A DNA stretch of 64,000 bases from an uncultured Pelagibacteraceae bacterium (lineage in GTDB: Bacteria; Pseudomonadota; Alphaproteobacteria; Pelagibacterales; Pelagibacteraceae). The DNA lies in the NCBI GenBank assembly GCA_902524945.1, contig CABZFF010000002.1:79811-143810 (forward strand), given 5' to 3'. Shown in pieces: positions 42,748 through 53,154 of this stretch (positions are counted from its first letter, which is position 1; each line of letters opens with the position of its first letter). The notes under the pieces were generated by a model. That model had not been told where the DNA came from. It saw only the letters and a list, made by a program, of their open reading frames with translations, and ran no database searches. Both the position numbers and the translations under genes were made by a program.

Positions 42748-43412
42748 ATAAACTCAACCATATTGCTTTTATTATGGATGGCAATGGGCGTTGGGGAAAG
42801 AAGAAAAATAAAGGAAGAAATTATGGTCATTTGAAAGGAGTAGATACTGTAAAAAAAATAGTTAAATCTTCTATCAAATTTAAAATTCCAATTTTAACCT
42901 TTTATGTGTTTTCATCTGAAAACTGGAGGAGACCGAAAACTGAGGTAAATTTTTTATTCAAACTTATTAAAAATTACTTTTCAAATGAAATAGATAGCGT
43001 CATGGAACAGGGTATAAAAATAAATATAATTGGAGAAATAAATAAGTTATCTCATGAATTACAAAAAATATTGAATAGATCCACAGTTCTCACAAAAAAC
43101 AATAATAAAATAATTGTAAATTTGGCAATTAATTATGGATCAAAAAATGAAATTATTAATGCATTTAAAAAGGTAAAAAAAAGATTTAGCATGAGAAAAT
43201 TTGAAAATTGTCTTTATACAAAAAAATTACCAAACCCGGATATTTTGGTGAGAACCGGAGGGCAACAAAGGTTGAGCAATTTTATGTTATGGCAACTAGC
43301 TTACACAGAATTGTTTTTTTTAAGTAAATTGTGGCCTGATTTTAATTCCACAGATTTAAAAAAAATAATTACGAAATTTAAAAAAATTAAAAGAAACTTT
43401 GGAGCAATTTGA
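42744..43412 (+). CDS. uppS: Undecaprenyl diphosphate synthase
   Basis: HIAFIMDGNGRW, FSSENW, RTGGQQRLSNFMLWQ. Confidence 0.97.
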   Translation: MNKLNHIAFIMDGNGRWGKKKNKGRNYGHLKGVDTVKKIVKSSIKFKIPILTFYVFSSENWRRPKTEVNFLFKLIKNYFSNEIDSVMEQGIKINIIGEINKLSHELQKILNRSTVLTKNNNKIIVNLAINYGSKNEIINAFKKVKKRFSMRKFENCLYTKKLPNPDILVRTGGQQRLSNFMLWQLAYTELFFLSKLWPDFNSTDLKKIITKFKKIKRNFGAI

Positions 43413-44059
43413 TATTAAATAATCTAAAAACTCGTATTTTCACTTCAATAATTTTATTAGCATTATTAGTTTTAATTATTAGTTATAAATTTTTTCTCAT
43501 ATTTTTTTCATTAATCTTGGGAGTTTTTTCAATTTTAGAATTTTTTAATATTACTCAAAAAATATTTAAAAAAAAAACATTATCTCTAATATTAAATTGT
43601 TTATTCACAACTTACATTTTTACATTTTGTTTAATTTTCATAACTTTTTCTGATCTAGTAGGTTTAAAAATAATAATCTATCTTCTTTTATTTGGTTGTA
43701 TCGCTTCAGATTTAGGTGGATATATAATTGGAAAAATATTTAAGGGTCCAAAATTAAGTAAGATAAGTCCTAATAAAACTATTTCAGGAGCAATCGGATC
43801 TATTTTGTTTACTACTTGTACTATTTACTTATTCAGTATTTATTTTTATATAAACTTAAATACTAATTTAATAATAGTTAGTCTTCTTTTATCAATTGGC
43901 TGTCAAACAGGTGATTTATTTTTTTCATTTTTAAAAAGGAGAGCAAAAATAAAAGACACTGGCAATATTCTTCCAGGACATGGAGGGGTATTGGATAGGA
44001 TTGACGGAATTTTATTTGGAGTGCCAATTGGTTTAATTACATTATTTTTAATTTATTAG
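43409..44059 (+). CDS. cdsA: Phosphatidate cytidylyltransferase
   Basis: ISPNKT, GDL..S.LKR, KDTG.ILPGHGG.LDRID. Confidence 0.95.
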   Translation: MILNNLKTRIFTSIILLALLVLIISYKFFLIFFSLILGVFSILEFFNITQKIFKKKTLSLILNCLFTTYIFTFCLIFITFSDLVGLKIIIYLLLFGCIASDLGGYIIGKIFKGPKLSKISPNKTISGAIGSILFTTCTIYLFSIYFYINLNTNLIIVSLLLSIGCQTGDLFFSFLKRRAKIKDTGNILPGHGGVLDRIDGILFGVPIGLITLFLIY

Positions 44060-45229
44060 ATGACAAAATATATTTCAATTCTTGGATCAACAGGTTCTAT
44101 AGGTAGGTCCGCATTAAGTATTTTTGAAAAAAAAAAAACCTTCAAATTAAATTTACTATCAGCTAATTCGAACAAAAAAATAATTATTTATCAAATAAGA
44201 AAATATAAACCTAAATATTTTGTTATAACTGATTATTTTATTTACAAAAAAATTAGAGATAAGTTTAATAATAAAAAAACAAAAATTCTAAATAATTTTG
44301 AAAATTTGAATTTTAAAAAAAAAACTGATATTACAATTTCAGCTATTCCAGGAATTACAGGGCTGAAACCAACATTAAATATGATTAGATTTAGTAAAAA
44401 AATATTAATTGCAAATAAAGAGTCTATAATATGTGGATGGAACTTAATTCAAAATAGTTCTATCAAATATAAAACCAAAATTATTCCAGTTGACTCTGAA
44501 CATTTTTCAATTTTGATGTTACTTAAAAATCATCAAATGAAAGAGATTAAAAAAATTTTTATAACAGCATCTGGGGGGCCTTTTTTAAATTACGATACAA
44601 GAAAATTTAAATCAATAAAACCAAGTGATGCTTTAAGACACCCAACATGGAAAATGGGAAGGAAGATTACGATTGACTCTTCAACTTTAATGAACAAAAT
44701 ATTTGAGCTAATTGAAGCAAGAAAACTTTTTAATATTCCCCAAGATAAACTTGATATTCTGATTCACCCAGAGTCTTTGGTTCACGCAATAATTCAATTT
44801 AAGAATGGATTAACTAAATTTCTTTATCACGAAACCTCAATGTTGATCCCATTAGCAAATGCTATATTCGAAAACAATTTAATTATTGAAAATTTTTACA
44901 AAAATAAAAAAATTCTTAAAAAAAAAATAGATAATCTAACTTTTCAAAAAGTAAACAGAAAAACTTTTCCAATTATTTCTATTAAAGATAAGATTTTTAA
45001 ATATCCCTCAACCTCAATAATCATTAATGCAGCAAATGAAATATTAGTTGATCAATTTTTGCGAAAAAAGATACCTTTTTTAACGATTTCTAAAACCATT
45101 GTGAGTATTCTAAATGGCAGAAATTATAAAAAATATGCTATAAGAAAACCTAAAAATATCAAGGAAATAATACAAATCGATTACTGGGCACGTGAATATA
45201 CTTTAAAATTTTTAAAAAACCATGATTAG
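44060..45229 (+). CDS. dxr: 1-deoxy-D-xylulose-5-phosphate reductoisomerase
   Basis: LGSTGSIG, ANKE, VDSEH, TASGGPF, HPTWKMG, NAANE. Confidence 0.95.
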   Translation: MTKYISILGSTGSIGRSALSIFEKKKTFKLNLLSANSNKKIIIYQIRKYKPKYFVITDYFIYKKIRDKFNNKKTKILNNFENLNFKKKTDITISAIPGITGLKPTLNMIRFSKKILIANKESIICGWNLIQNSSIKYKTKIIPVDSEHFSILMLLKNHQMKEIKKIFITASGGPFLNYDTRKFKSIKPSDALRHPTWKMGRKITIDSSTLMNKIFELIEARKLFNIPQDKLDILIHPESLVHAIIQFKNGLTKFLYHETSMLIPLANAIFENNLIIENFYKNKKILKKKIDNLTFQKVNRKTFPIISIKDKIFKYPSTSIIINAANEILVDQFLRKKIPFLTISKTIVSILNGRNYKKYAIRKPKNIKEIIQIDYWAREYTLKFLKNHD

Positions 45230-47453
45230 AAATCTTATAGTTTTGATTTTATTTATACTATCTTTTTCGACCGCTAAGTCAGAAATAGTTAATAAAATAA
45301 TAATTGAGGGAAATAATAGAGTGTCAGATCAAACTATTATTTTATACGGAGAAATTGAAAAAAACAAAGATCTATCTAATAGTGATATAAACGATATTTT
45401 AAATAATTTATATTCCACTGATTTCTTTGAAAATGTAAAAGTTGAACTTAATAATAATATTTTAAAAATTACTTTAAAAGAATATCCAATTATTAACCAA
45501 TTAATAATTACCGGTGAAAAAAAGAATGCCTATGTAGACCAGATTAAAAAACTAATTAAAACAAAAGAAAAAAAATCATTTATTAAATCTTATTTAACAA
45601 ATGATATTGATATAATTAAAAAGTTATATTCTTCATTAGGTTATAATTTTGCAAAAGTTGATACAAAAATAAGAACTATTGATAAAGGCAACTTAGAGTT
45701 GTTGATTCAGATTGACCGCGGTCAACAAACAAAAATTGCTTCAGTAAACTTTATCGGAAATAAAGAATTTAGATCCAAAAGGTTAAGAGCTGTTATTGCA
45801 AGCGAGGAAGATAAATTTTGGAAATTTATATCAAGAAATACAAATTTGAGTGAAAATTTAATTAACTTAGATAAAAGATTATTATTGAATTATTATAAAT
45901 CAAATGGTTTCTACGATGTAAAGATAAGTTCAAATATTGCTGAACTAAATAAAGAGGGAAATGTCAACCTAGTTTATTCAATTGAAGAAGGAGAACGATA
46001 TTCAATTAATAAAATTTCTACAAATGTCGATGACGTTTTAGATAAAAAAATTTTTTTTCCTCTAAATGATATTTATCAAAATTATATTGGTGATTATTAT
46101 TCTCCTTTTAAAATTAAAAAGCTTTTAGAAGAAATTGATATTTTAATTGAGGAAAATAATTTACAATTTATTGAGCATAATGTGCAGGAAGTTGTCGGAA
46201 AAGAAACTATTGATATTGTGTTTAATATTTTTGAGGGAAAAAAGAATTTAATTGAAAGAATAAATATTACAGGTAACAACACAACAAATGAGGATGTTAT
46301 CAGAGGAGAACTTATTCTAGATGAAGGAGATCCACTTACAAGTCTAAATTTAGAAAAATCGATTGCAGAAATTAAAGCAAGAAGATTATTTAGTGATGTA
46401 GTTTATAAAGTAAGAGATGGGAGTCAAGAAAATCTGAAAATAATTGATATTGAAGTTGAGGAATTGCCAACAGGTGAAATTAGTGCCGGAGCTGGAATAG
46501 GAACTTCAGGAGGTACTATCGCTTTTAGTGTCAAAGAAAACAACTGGTTAGGACAAGGAAAACAAGTAGCTTTTGACGTCCAACTTAATGACGAGTCAAT
46601 TATTGGATCAATTAATTTAACTGATCCAAATTACGATTTCTTGGGAAATTCTGTATATTATGGATTTTCAAATGAAAAAAATGACAAACCAAATCAAGGT
46701 TTCGAAAATTCAATAGTAAGCGGATCTGTTGGAACTTCTTTTGAGCAATACAGAGATGTAAATTTAAATCTCGGACTAAGTGCAAGTTACGATGATTTAC
46801 AAACAGACAGCACAGCATCAGATTCCTTAAAAAAACAGTCAGGTACATTCGAGGAAATTGCTACAAGTTACGGATTTACTTATGATCAAAGAGATAGGGC
46901 ATTTATGCCGACTAGCGGTTCAATTTTAAGTTTTGGTCAAAGTTTTCCAATTCATGCAGACAAAAAATTTATATATAATAGACTCAATACAAGTTTCTAT
47001 AAATCATTTAGTGAAAATATTGTTGGTGCAACAAAATTTTTTGTATCGTCTGTAAATGGCTTAGGTGAAGATGATGTAAGAATAAGTAAAAGGCAACTAT
47101 TAAGCCAAAAAAGAATACGTGGTTTTGAAAGGAATAAAATTGGTCCTGTAGATGGGAATGACCATGTAGGAGGTAATTATTCTGCAGCTTTAAATTTTGA
47201 AACAAACTTACCAAAAGCACTTCCAGAAAGTTACAATGCAGATGTTGGTTTCTTTTTAGATTTTGGAAGTGTTTGGGGTGTTGATTATGACAGCTCAATA
47301 GACGATAGCAATATAATCAGATCAACTACTGGAGTAAAGCTTGACTGGATGTCACCTATAGGCCCTATGAATTTTGTTTTTTCTCAAAATTTAAACAAAG
47401 CTGATACTGATGTAACAGAAAGCTTTACATTTAATTTAGGTACTACATTTTAA
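45222..47453 (+). CDS. bamA: Outer membrane protein assembly factor BamA
   Basis: POTRA repeats, NWLGQG, IRGF, SPIGP, C-terminal F. Confidence 0.96.
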   Translation: MIRNLIVLILFILSFSTAKSEIVNKIIIEGNNRVSDQTIILYGEIEKNKDLSNSDINDILNNLYSTDFFENVKVELNNNILKITLKEYPIINQLIITGEKKNAYVDQIKKLIKTKEKKSFIKSYLTNDIDIIKKLYSSLGYNFAKVDTKIRTIDKGNLELLIQIDRGQQTKIASVNFIGNKEFRSKRLRAVIASEEDKFWKFISRNTNLSENLINLDKRLLLNYYKSNGFYDVKISSNIAELNKEGNVNLVYSIEEGERYSINKISTNVDDVLDKKIFFPLNDIYQNYIGDYYSPFKIKKLLEEIDILIEENNLQFIEHNVQEVVGKETIDIVFNIFEGKKNLIERINITGNNTTNEDVIRGELILDEGDPLTSLNLEKSIAEIKARRLFSDVVYKVRDGSQENLKIIDIEVEELPTGEISAGAGIGTSGGTIAFSVKENNWLGQGKQVAFDVQLNDESIIGSINLTDPNYDFLGNSVYYGFSNEKNDKPNQGFENSIVSGSVGTSFEQYRDVNLNLGLSASYDDLQTDSTASDSLKKQSGTFEEIATSYGFTYDQRDRAFMPTSGSILSFGQSFPIHADKKFIYNRLNTSFYKSFSENIVGATKFFVSSVNGLGEDDVRISKRQLLSQKRIRGFERNKIGPVDGNDHVGGNYSAALNFETNLPKALPESYNADVGFFLDFGSVWGVDYDSSIDDSNIIRSTTGVKLDWMSPIGPMNFVFSQNLNKADTDVTESFTFNLGTTF

Positions 47454-47455
47454 AA

Positions 47456-47977
47456 ATGACATTTAAAAAAACATTAGCAATAATATTTTTTTTATTCCTT
47501 GGTCAAACCATAGTAATGGCTGACACAACTCATTATTTAGATTTTAAATTCATCTTGAACGAAAGTGAAGCTGGTAAGAAAGCTCAGACTGAACTTAAGA
47601 ATAAACTTGAAAATGGATTCAAAAATATAAAAAATAAAGAGTCAAAACTACAAGAGGAAGAAAAGAAGATTATAGAACAAAAAAAAATAATTTCACCTGA
47701 AGATTATAAAAATAAAGTATCAGAATTGAGAAAAAAAGTGTCTTCGCTTCAAAAACAAAGAAATAATCTTTTACAATCTGTCGCTAAATCTAGATCAAAA
47801 GCGAGAACTCAACTTTTAAATAATTTAAATCCAATTTTAAAAGACTATATGAAAGAAAAAAATATTAAAATCATTGTTGATAAAAAAAATATCCTTCTTG
47901 CTGATGAAAGTTTAGATATTACTAAAGATATTATTTCTTTATTAAATAAAAAAATTAAATCTTTAAAGATCAATTAG
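47456..47977 (+). CDS. skp: OmpH/Skp periplasmic chaperone
   Basis: Signal peptide, ILNESEAGK, coiled coil, DITKDII; bamA-skp-lpxD synteny. Confidence 0.9.
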   Translation: MTFKKTLAIIFFLFLGQTIVMADTTHYLDFKFILNESEAGKKAQTELKNKLENGFKNIKNKESKLQEEEKKIIEQKKIISPEDYKNKVSELRKKVSSLQKQRNNLLQSVAKSRSKARTQLLNNLNPILKDYMKEKNIKIIVDKKNILLADESLDITKDIISLLNKKIKSLKIN

Positions 47978-47983
47978 ATTTGA

Positions 47984-48949
47984 ATGAATTCGAATTTTTT
48001 TTTTAAAAAAAAAAAACTTAAAATTAAACAAATATTTCCTGAATTAAGTTTTAAGAAAGATATAATTATTAATGATGTGAAACCACTTCATACAGCAAAA
48101 AAAAACGATCTAACTTTCTTTGACTCGGCAAAATACAAAGATCAAGCTATAAATACTAATGCATTTGCATGCATTACTACATCAAAGTTAGAAAAATTAT
48201 TACCTAAAAAAATTGAAAAAATTATTGTATTAAACGTTCTTTTAGAGCTCGCAAAAATATTAAAAAAAATTTATCCGGATGCCGATGTAGATCATCCTGA
48301 TTTATCATTAAGACCACCATTAAAAAAAAAATATAAGACTGTTAAATTTGGAAATAATGTTTTAATTGGTAAAAATGTAAATATTGGTAAAAATACATCT
48401 ATAGGTTCAAATACTATAATAGAAAAAAATGTATTTATAGGAAAAGATTGTGTTGTAGGATCTAATGTAGTTATAAAAAATTCGATTTTAGGAAATAGAA
48501 TTATGTTACAAGATGGATGTAAAATTGGCCAGAAAGGATTTGGATTTATACCATTAAAAAATAAAAATTTAAAATTTCCTCATATTGGTAAAGTTATTAT
48601 CAAAAATGATGTTGAAATTGCCTCAAATTGTACTATCGATCGAGGTTCAGTAGATGATACAGTTATTGGAGAAAATACCTACTTAGATAACCAGGTGCAT
48701 GTTGCTCACAATGTAAAAATTGGATCAAATTGCATGATAGCAGGTCAAGTTGGATTTGCTGGAAGTTCAACTATAGGAGACAATGTTTCAATTGGTGGGC
48801 AAGCTGGTATATCTGGACATCTAAAAATTGGAAATAATGTTAAAATTGGTGGTGGAAGCGGAGTAGTTAAAAATATCGAAGACAATCAAGTAGTTATGGG
48901 TTATCCAGCAGTTCCACTAAAAATATTTTTAAAAAAAAATAATGATTGA
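47984..48949 (+). CDS. lpxD: UDP-3-O-acyl-glucosamine N-acyltransferase
   Basis: Hexapeptide repeats, GFGF, IDRG, DNQVHVAHNV. Confidence 0.96.
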   Translation: MNSNFFFKKKKLKIKQIFPELSFKKDIIINDVKPLHTAKKNDLTFFDSAKYKDQAINTNAFACITTSKLEKLLPKKIEKIIVLNVLLELAKILKKIYPDADVDHPDLSLRPPLKKKYKTVKFGNNVLIGKNVNIGKNTSIGSNTIIEKNVFIGKDCVVGSNVVIKNSILGNRIMLQDGCKIGQKGFGFIPLKNKNLKFPHIGKVIIKNDVEIASNCTIDRGSVDDTVIGENTYLDNQVHVAHNVKIGSNCMIAGQVGFAGSSTIGDNVSIGGQAGISGHLKIGNNVKIGGGSGVVKNIEDNQVVMGYPAVPLKIFLKKNND

Positions 48950-49406
48950 AAAAGAAATTAATAAAAAAGTTATCGAGGGTTTGCTTCCACATCGTGAACC
49001 AATGTTGTTAATTGATAAACTTACAAATATTGTACCATTAAAATCTGCAACTGCCATTATGTATGTAAAAAAAAATGGCTTTTATGTGCAAGGACACTTT
49101 CCTGGTCAACCAGTAATGCCCGGAGTTTTAATTGTTGAGGCTTTTGGTCAAGCTGCTGCTGCTTTAACTGCACACGGAATAGATTCTAAAGAATATGAAA
49201 ACAAACTAGTTTTTTTAATGAGTGTTGATAAAGCAAGATTTAGGAATCCAGTTATACCTGATTGCGAACTTCATTTAGATATAGAAGCGATAAGATCTCA
49301 TGGAAGAGTTTGGAAATATAAGGGTATAGCAAAAGTTGACGGTAAAAGAATGGCCGATGCAGAATGGTCAGCCACAATAGTTGATAAAAAAAATAATGAT
49401 ACATAA
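48942..49406 (+). CDS. fabZ: 3-hydroxyacyl-ACP dehydratase
   Basis: LPHREPMLLID, GHFPGQPVMPGVLIVEA. Confidence 0.96.
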   Translation: MIEKEINKKVIEGLLPHREPMLLIDKLTNIVPLKSATAIMYVKKNGFYVQGHFPGQPVMPGVLIVEAFGQAAAALTAHGIDSKEYENKLVFLMSVDKARFRNPVIPDCELHLDIEAIRSHGRVWKYKGIAKVDGKRMADAEWSATIVDKKNNDT

Positions 49407-50175
49407 TTCAAGTGTAATAGATAAAAACGCTAAAATTTCAAAGAACGTAAAAATCGGTCCGTTTTGTTATATAGGACCGAATGTCAAATTAGCAGAGAAT
49501 GTAGAATTAGTATCAAATGTACACATAGAGGGAAGTACATCAGTCGGATCTAATACAAAAATATTTCCATTTGCAAGTATAGGAACACAACCTCAAGATC
49601 TAAAATTTAAAGGGGAGAAAACTATTTTAGAAATTGGAAAAAATAATTTAATTCGAGAGTACGTAACTATTAATCCTGGAACTGCAGGCGGAGGATCAAA
49701 AACAATAATCGGTGATAATTGTTTATTTATGATTTCATCACATATTGCTCATGATTGTATAATTGGAAATAACGTAATCATAGCAAACAATGTGCCTCTA
49801 GGAGGACATGTAACAATTGAAGACTCGGTTGTCATAGGTGGCAATTCTGCTGTCCAACAATTTACAAGAATTGGTAGACTAGCAATGATTGGTGGAATGA
49901 CAGGCGTGCTCAAGGACGTAATTCCGTTTGGTTTATCTATAGGTAATAGAAATTATTTACAAGGTCTTAATTTAATTGGTTTACGGAGACAGAAATACGA
50001 CAATCAAAAAATTATGGGGTTAGATAAAGCTTTTAAAGATATATTTGCCTCTAAAAATCTTCACGAAAATTTAAGTAAGATTAATGGTGAATATAAAGAT
50101 AATGAATTAGTAAGTGAAGTTATTAAATTTATAGAAAAAGATAAAAAAAGACCGATTTGTTCACCGCTTAGTTAA
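49396..50175 (+). CDS. lpxA: UDP-N-acetylglucosamine O-acyltransferase
   Basis: PQDLKFKG, IREYVTINPGT, HIAHDC, GLNLIGLRR. Confidence 0.97.
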   Translation: MIHNSSVIDKNAKISKNVKIGPFCYIGPNVKLAENVELVSNVHIEGSTSVGSNTKIFPFASIGTQPQDLKFKGEKTILEIGKNNLIREYVTINPGTAGGGSKTIIGDNCLFMISSHIAHDCIIGNNVIIANNVPLGGHVTIEDSVVIGGNSAVQQFTRIGRLAMIGGMTGVLKDVIPFGLSIGNRNYLQGLNLIGLRRQKYDNQKIMGLDKAFKDIFASKNLHENLSKINGEYKDNELVSEVIKFIEKDKKRPICSPLS

Positions 50176-50182
50176 AATATTT

Positions 50183-50974
50183 ATGATTGGGTTAATTTTT
50201 GGAGAAACAGAATTTCCAAAATATATATTAAAAAAAATTAAAAGAAAAAGTAAATACTTAATTATAGATTTAACAAAAAAAAAAATATTTAAAAAAGATA
50301 AAAATTCTTACTCAGTATCTATTGGTCAATTTGGCAAAATTATTTCAATACTGAAATCAAAAAATTGTAAAAAAGTTTTATTTGCAGGAAAAGTAACAAA
50401 ACCAAATTTTAAATCTATAAAATTGGATTTTAAAGGAATTTATTACATGCCAAAAATTATAAAAAGTTCGAAATTAGGCGATGCAGCAATTTTAAAACAA
50501 ATTATAAATATTTTAAAAAAAGAAAAGATTCAAACTGTTAGATCAAACAAATTTACTCCAGAAATAAGTCTGCCTAAGGGAAATTACACATCAATTAAAC
50601 CAAATACCTCTGATAAAAAAGATATTCTTTGTGGGCAAAAAGCTCTAAAAAAGTCTGGTAATTTTTCATTTACCCAAGGCGCTATTTGTAGAAATAATAA
50701 AATTTTAACAATTGAGGGAAGAGGCGGAACACAAAAAATGATTAAAAAAGTGAAAAAAATAACTAAATTTCCTAATGGAGTACTAATAAAATTCCCAAAA
50801 AAAAGACAAGACTTGAGAGTCGATCTTCCAACTGTAGGATTAGAAACTTTGAAACAATGTAAAATGGCAGGACTAAAAGGAATAGTTCTAAAACATAAAT
50901 TAAATATTTTTTTAAATAAAAGTCAAAGTGTTCAATATGCAAATAGAAATAAAATGTTTATCTTAATTAAATGA
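50183..50974 (+). CDS. lpxI: UDP-2,3-diacylglucosamine diphosphatase LpxI
   Basis: FAGKV.KP, GDAAIL, IEG..GT, QDLRVDLPTVG; position after lpxA. Confidence 0.9.
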   Translation: MIGLIFGETEFPKYILKKIKRKSKYLIIDLTKKKIFKKDKNSYSVSIGQFGKIISILKSKNCKKVLFAGKVTKPNFKSIKLDFKGIYYMPKIIKSSKLGDAAILKQIINILKKEKIQTVRSNKFTPEISLPKGNYTSIKPNTSDKKDILCGQKALKKSGNFSFTQGAICRNNKILTIEGRGGTQKMIKKVKKITKFPNGVLIKFPKKRQDLRVDLPTVGLETLKQCKMAGLKGIVLKHKLNIFLNKSQSVQYANRNKMFILIK

Positions 50975-52026
50975 AAAAATTATTATCAATTTTTCTTCTA
51001 CTATTCACAAATTTAAGTGCTGAAGACTTTAGATTAGAGAAAATTGTTCAAGGGTTTGATAGCCCATGGAGCTTAACATTTATAGACAACCAAAATTTAT
51101 TGGTTACAGAAAAACCAGGAAATATAAAATTTATAAATTTAAAAGAAAAAAAAATAAAAGATATAAGCCATAATCTTAAGGTCTTAGAAGATGGCCAGGG
51201 AGGGTTATTAGATATACTTCACAATGAAAGCATTGTATTTGTTTCATATTCTGAAAATAGATCAAACGGAATGTCTAGCACCTCTGTTGCAAGAGCAAAA
51301 CTTAATACTGAGAAACTTAATTTTAAAAACATCTTTCAAGCCCAACCCCCTATAAATTCTGGATATCATTTTGGATCTAGACTAGTCATAAAAAATAAAC
51401 ATTTATATGTAACCGCTGGTGAGAGAGGACAAGGAATGATAGCCCAAGATCATACTAAACATCCTGGAAGTATTATAAGAATTAACTTAGATGGATCGAT
51501 ACCAAAAGATAATCCAAAATTTATTAATAAAAAAGATTGGTTACCTGAAATTTATCAAATTGGAGTTAGAAATCCTCAGGGCATGTCTCTTTCACCATTT
51601 GATGACAAAATATATTTGACCAATCATGGTGCTAGAGGGGGTGATTGGTTTGGGACAGCAAATTTTGCAGAAAACTATGGATGGAAGATTTTAGGTTGGG
51701 GAGGAACTAATTACTCTGGAACTAAAATTGGTCCAAAATGGAAACCTGGCTTTACAAAAGCAATAAAATACTGGGTTCCTTCTATCGCAGTAAGTGCTAT
51801 GACAATTTATAAAGGTGAAACATTTAAAGAATGGAACGGTGAAGCTTTAATTACATCTCTGAAAGATCAATCTTTAAGAAAAATAAGATTTAATAAATCA
51901 AATTTTATCGATGAAAAAATTTTATTCAAAGGTGATATAGGAAGAATAAGAGATATCAAAATACATGAGAGCGGAGATCTTTATTTACTATCTGACAAGG
52001 GCGAACTTTGGAGAATGTATAAGTGA
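50971..52026 (+). CDS. PQQ-dependent soluble aldose/sorbosone dehydrogenase (GSDH/YliI-like beta-propeller), secreted
   Basis: Signal peptide; PW.L.F, GQGGLLD, HFGSRL, GER, G.RNPQG, HG.RGGD, NYGW, GRIRD. Confidence 0.9.
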   Translation: MKKLLSIFLLLFTNLSAEDFRLEKIVQGFDSPWSLTFIDNQNLLVTEKPGNIKFINLKEKKIKDISHNLKVLEDGQGGLLDILHNESIVFVSYSENRSNGMSSTSVARAKLNTEKLNFKNIFQAQPPINSGYHFGSRLVIKNKHLYVTAGERGQGMIAQDHTKHPGSIIRINLDGSIPKDNPKFINKKDWLPEIYQIGVRNPQGMSLSPFDDKIYLTNHGARGGDWFGTANFAENYGWKILGWGGTNYSGTKIGPKWKPGFTKAIKYWVPSIAVSAMTIYKGETFKEWNGEALITSLKDQSLRKIRFNKSNFIDEKILFKGDIGRIRDIKIHESGDLYLLSDKGELWRMYK

Positions 52027-53153
52027 AAAAAATATTTATTTTAACAGGTGAGCCGTCCGGAGACAAACTCGCATCAAAAGTAATTAAAGAATTTAAAAAA
52101 GATAATGCCGAAATCGAGTATTTAAGTGTAGGAGGTGAAAATTTAGAAGCTTTAGGAATAAAATCAATTTATGATTTAAAAGAGATTACCTACATAGGTT
52201 TTACAAATGTTATAAAAAATATTTTCAAAATTAATAAAAAAATCAATGAAACTGTAAAAGCTATAAAAGATTTTAATCCAGATATTTTATTTACAGTTGA
52301 TAGTCCTGATTTTACTTTAAGAGTTGCTGAGCGCATAAAAAAACAAGATCCAAAGATAAAAACAATTCATTATGTTGCACCACAAGTTTGGGTTTGGAGA
52401 GAAGGAAGGGTTAAGAAAATTAAAAAGTTTATTGATCACATATTATTATTATTTAATTTTGAAAAACCGTATTTTGATAAAGAGAATATGAGCAATGAAT
52501 TTGTGGGCCATCCCTTATTAGATGAGTCTTCTGAAGGTAAAATCGATATCAACCAAATATTTGAAAAAAATAAAGCGTTAATATCAATTTTTCCAGGAAG
52601 TAGAAAAACTGAAATTGAAGTTTTAATGCCTATACTTTTAGATTTTATAAAATTAATGAATAAAAATTATCAAGATTTTATTTATATATTTCACTCGACA
52701 AAGCAACATTATAATTTAATTCAATCTTACGTAAAATCTCAAAATATAAGTAACTGTGAAATTATTAGTGATGATAAAATAAAGTCTCATACTCTTAAGA
52801 AATCTGTATTTGCAGTCGCTAAGTCGGGAACGGTCTCACTTGAAATTTGCAAATCTAAAGTTCCATCTATCATTCTCTATAAAATGAATTTTTTAAATTA
52901 TTTGATTGTAAGGACTTTAGTAAAAGTAAAATTTGCCAATATTATTAATATTGCTGCAGGTAAAGAGGTAATACCCGAATTACTTCAATCTAAGTGTAAT
53001 CCAAAAGATTTATTTAAATCTGTAAGTTCTTTTATTGATGATCCAAATAAGATTAAGGAGCAGGTTGAAAAGACTCAATCGATACTAAATACATTTAAAA
53101 CTGATATTTCCTCATCAACACTTGCTAGTAGAGCTTTAAGTAAATATTTATAA
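52023..53153 (+). CDS. lpxB: Lipid-A-disaccharide synthase
   Basis: GEPSGD, DSPDF, HYVAPQVWVWR, FVGHP, PGSR, KSGT, PELLQ. Confidence 0.97.
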   Translation: MKKIFILTGEPSGDKLASKVIKEFKKDNAEIEYLSVGGENLEALGIKSIYDLKEITYIGFTNVIKNIFKINKKINETVKAIKDFNPDILFTVDSPDFTLRVAERIKKQDPKIKTIHYVAPQVWVWREGRVKKIKKFIDHILLLFNFEKPYFDKENMSNEFVGHPLLDESSEGKIDINQIFEKNKALISIFPGSRKTEIEVLMPILLDFIKLMNKNYQDFIYIFHSTKQHYNLIQSYVKSQNISNCEIISDDKIKSHTLKKSVFAVAKSGTVSLEICKSKVPSIILYKMNFLNYLIVRTLVKVKFANIINIAAGKEVIPELLQSKCNPKDLFKSVSSFIDDPNKIKEQVEKTQSILNTFKTDISSSTLASRALSKYL

Positions 53154-53154
53154 A

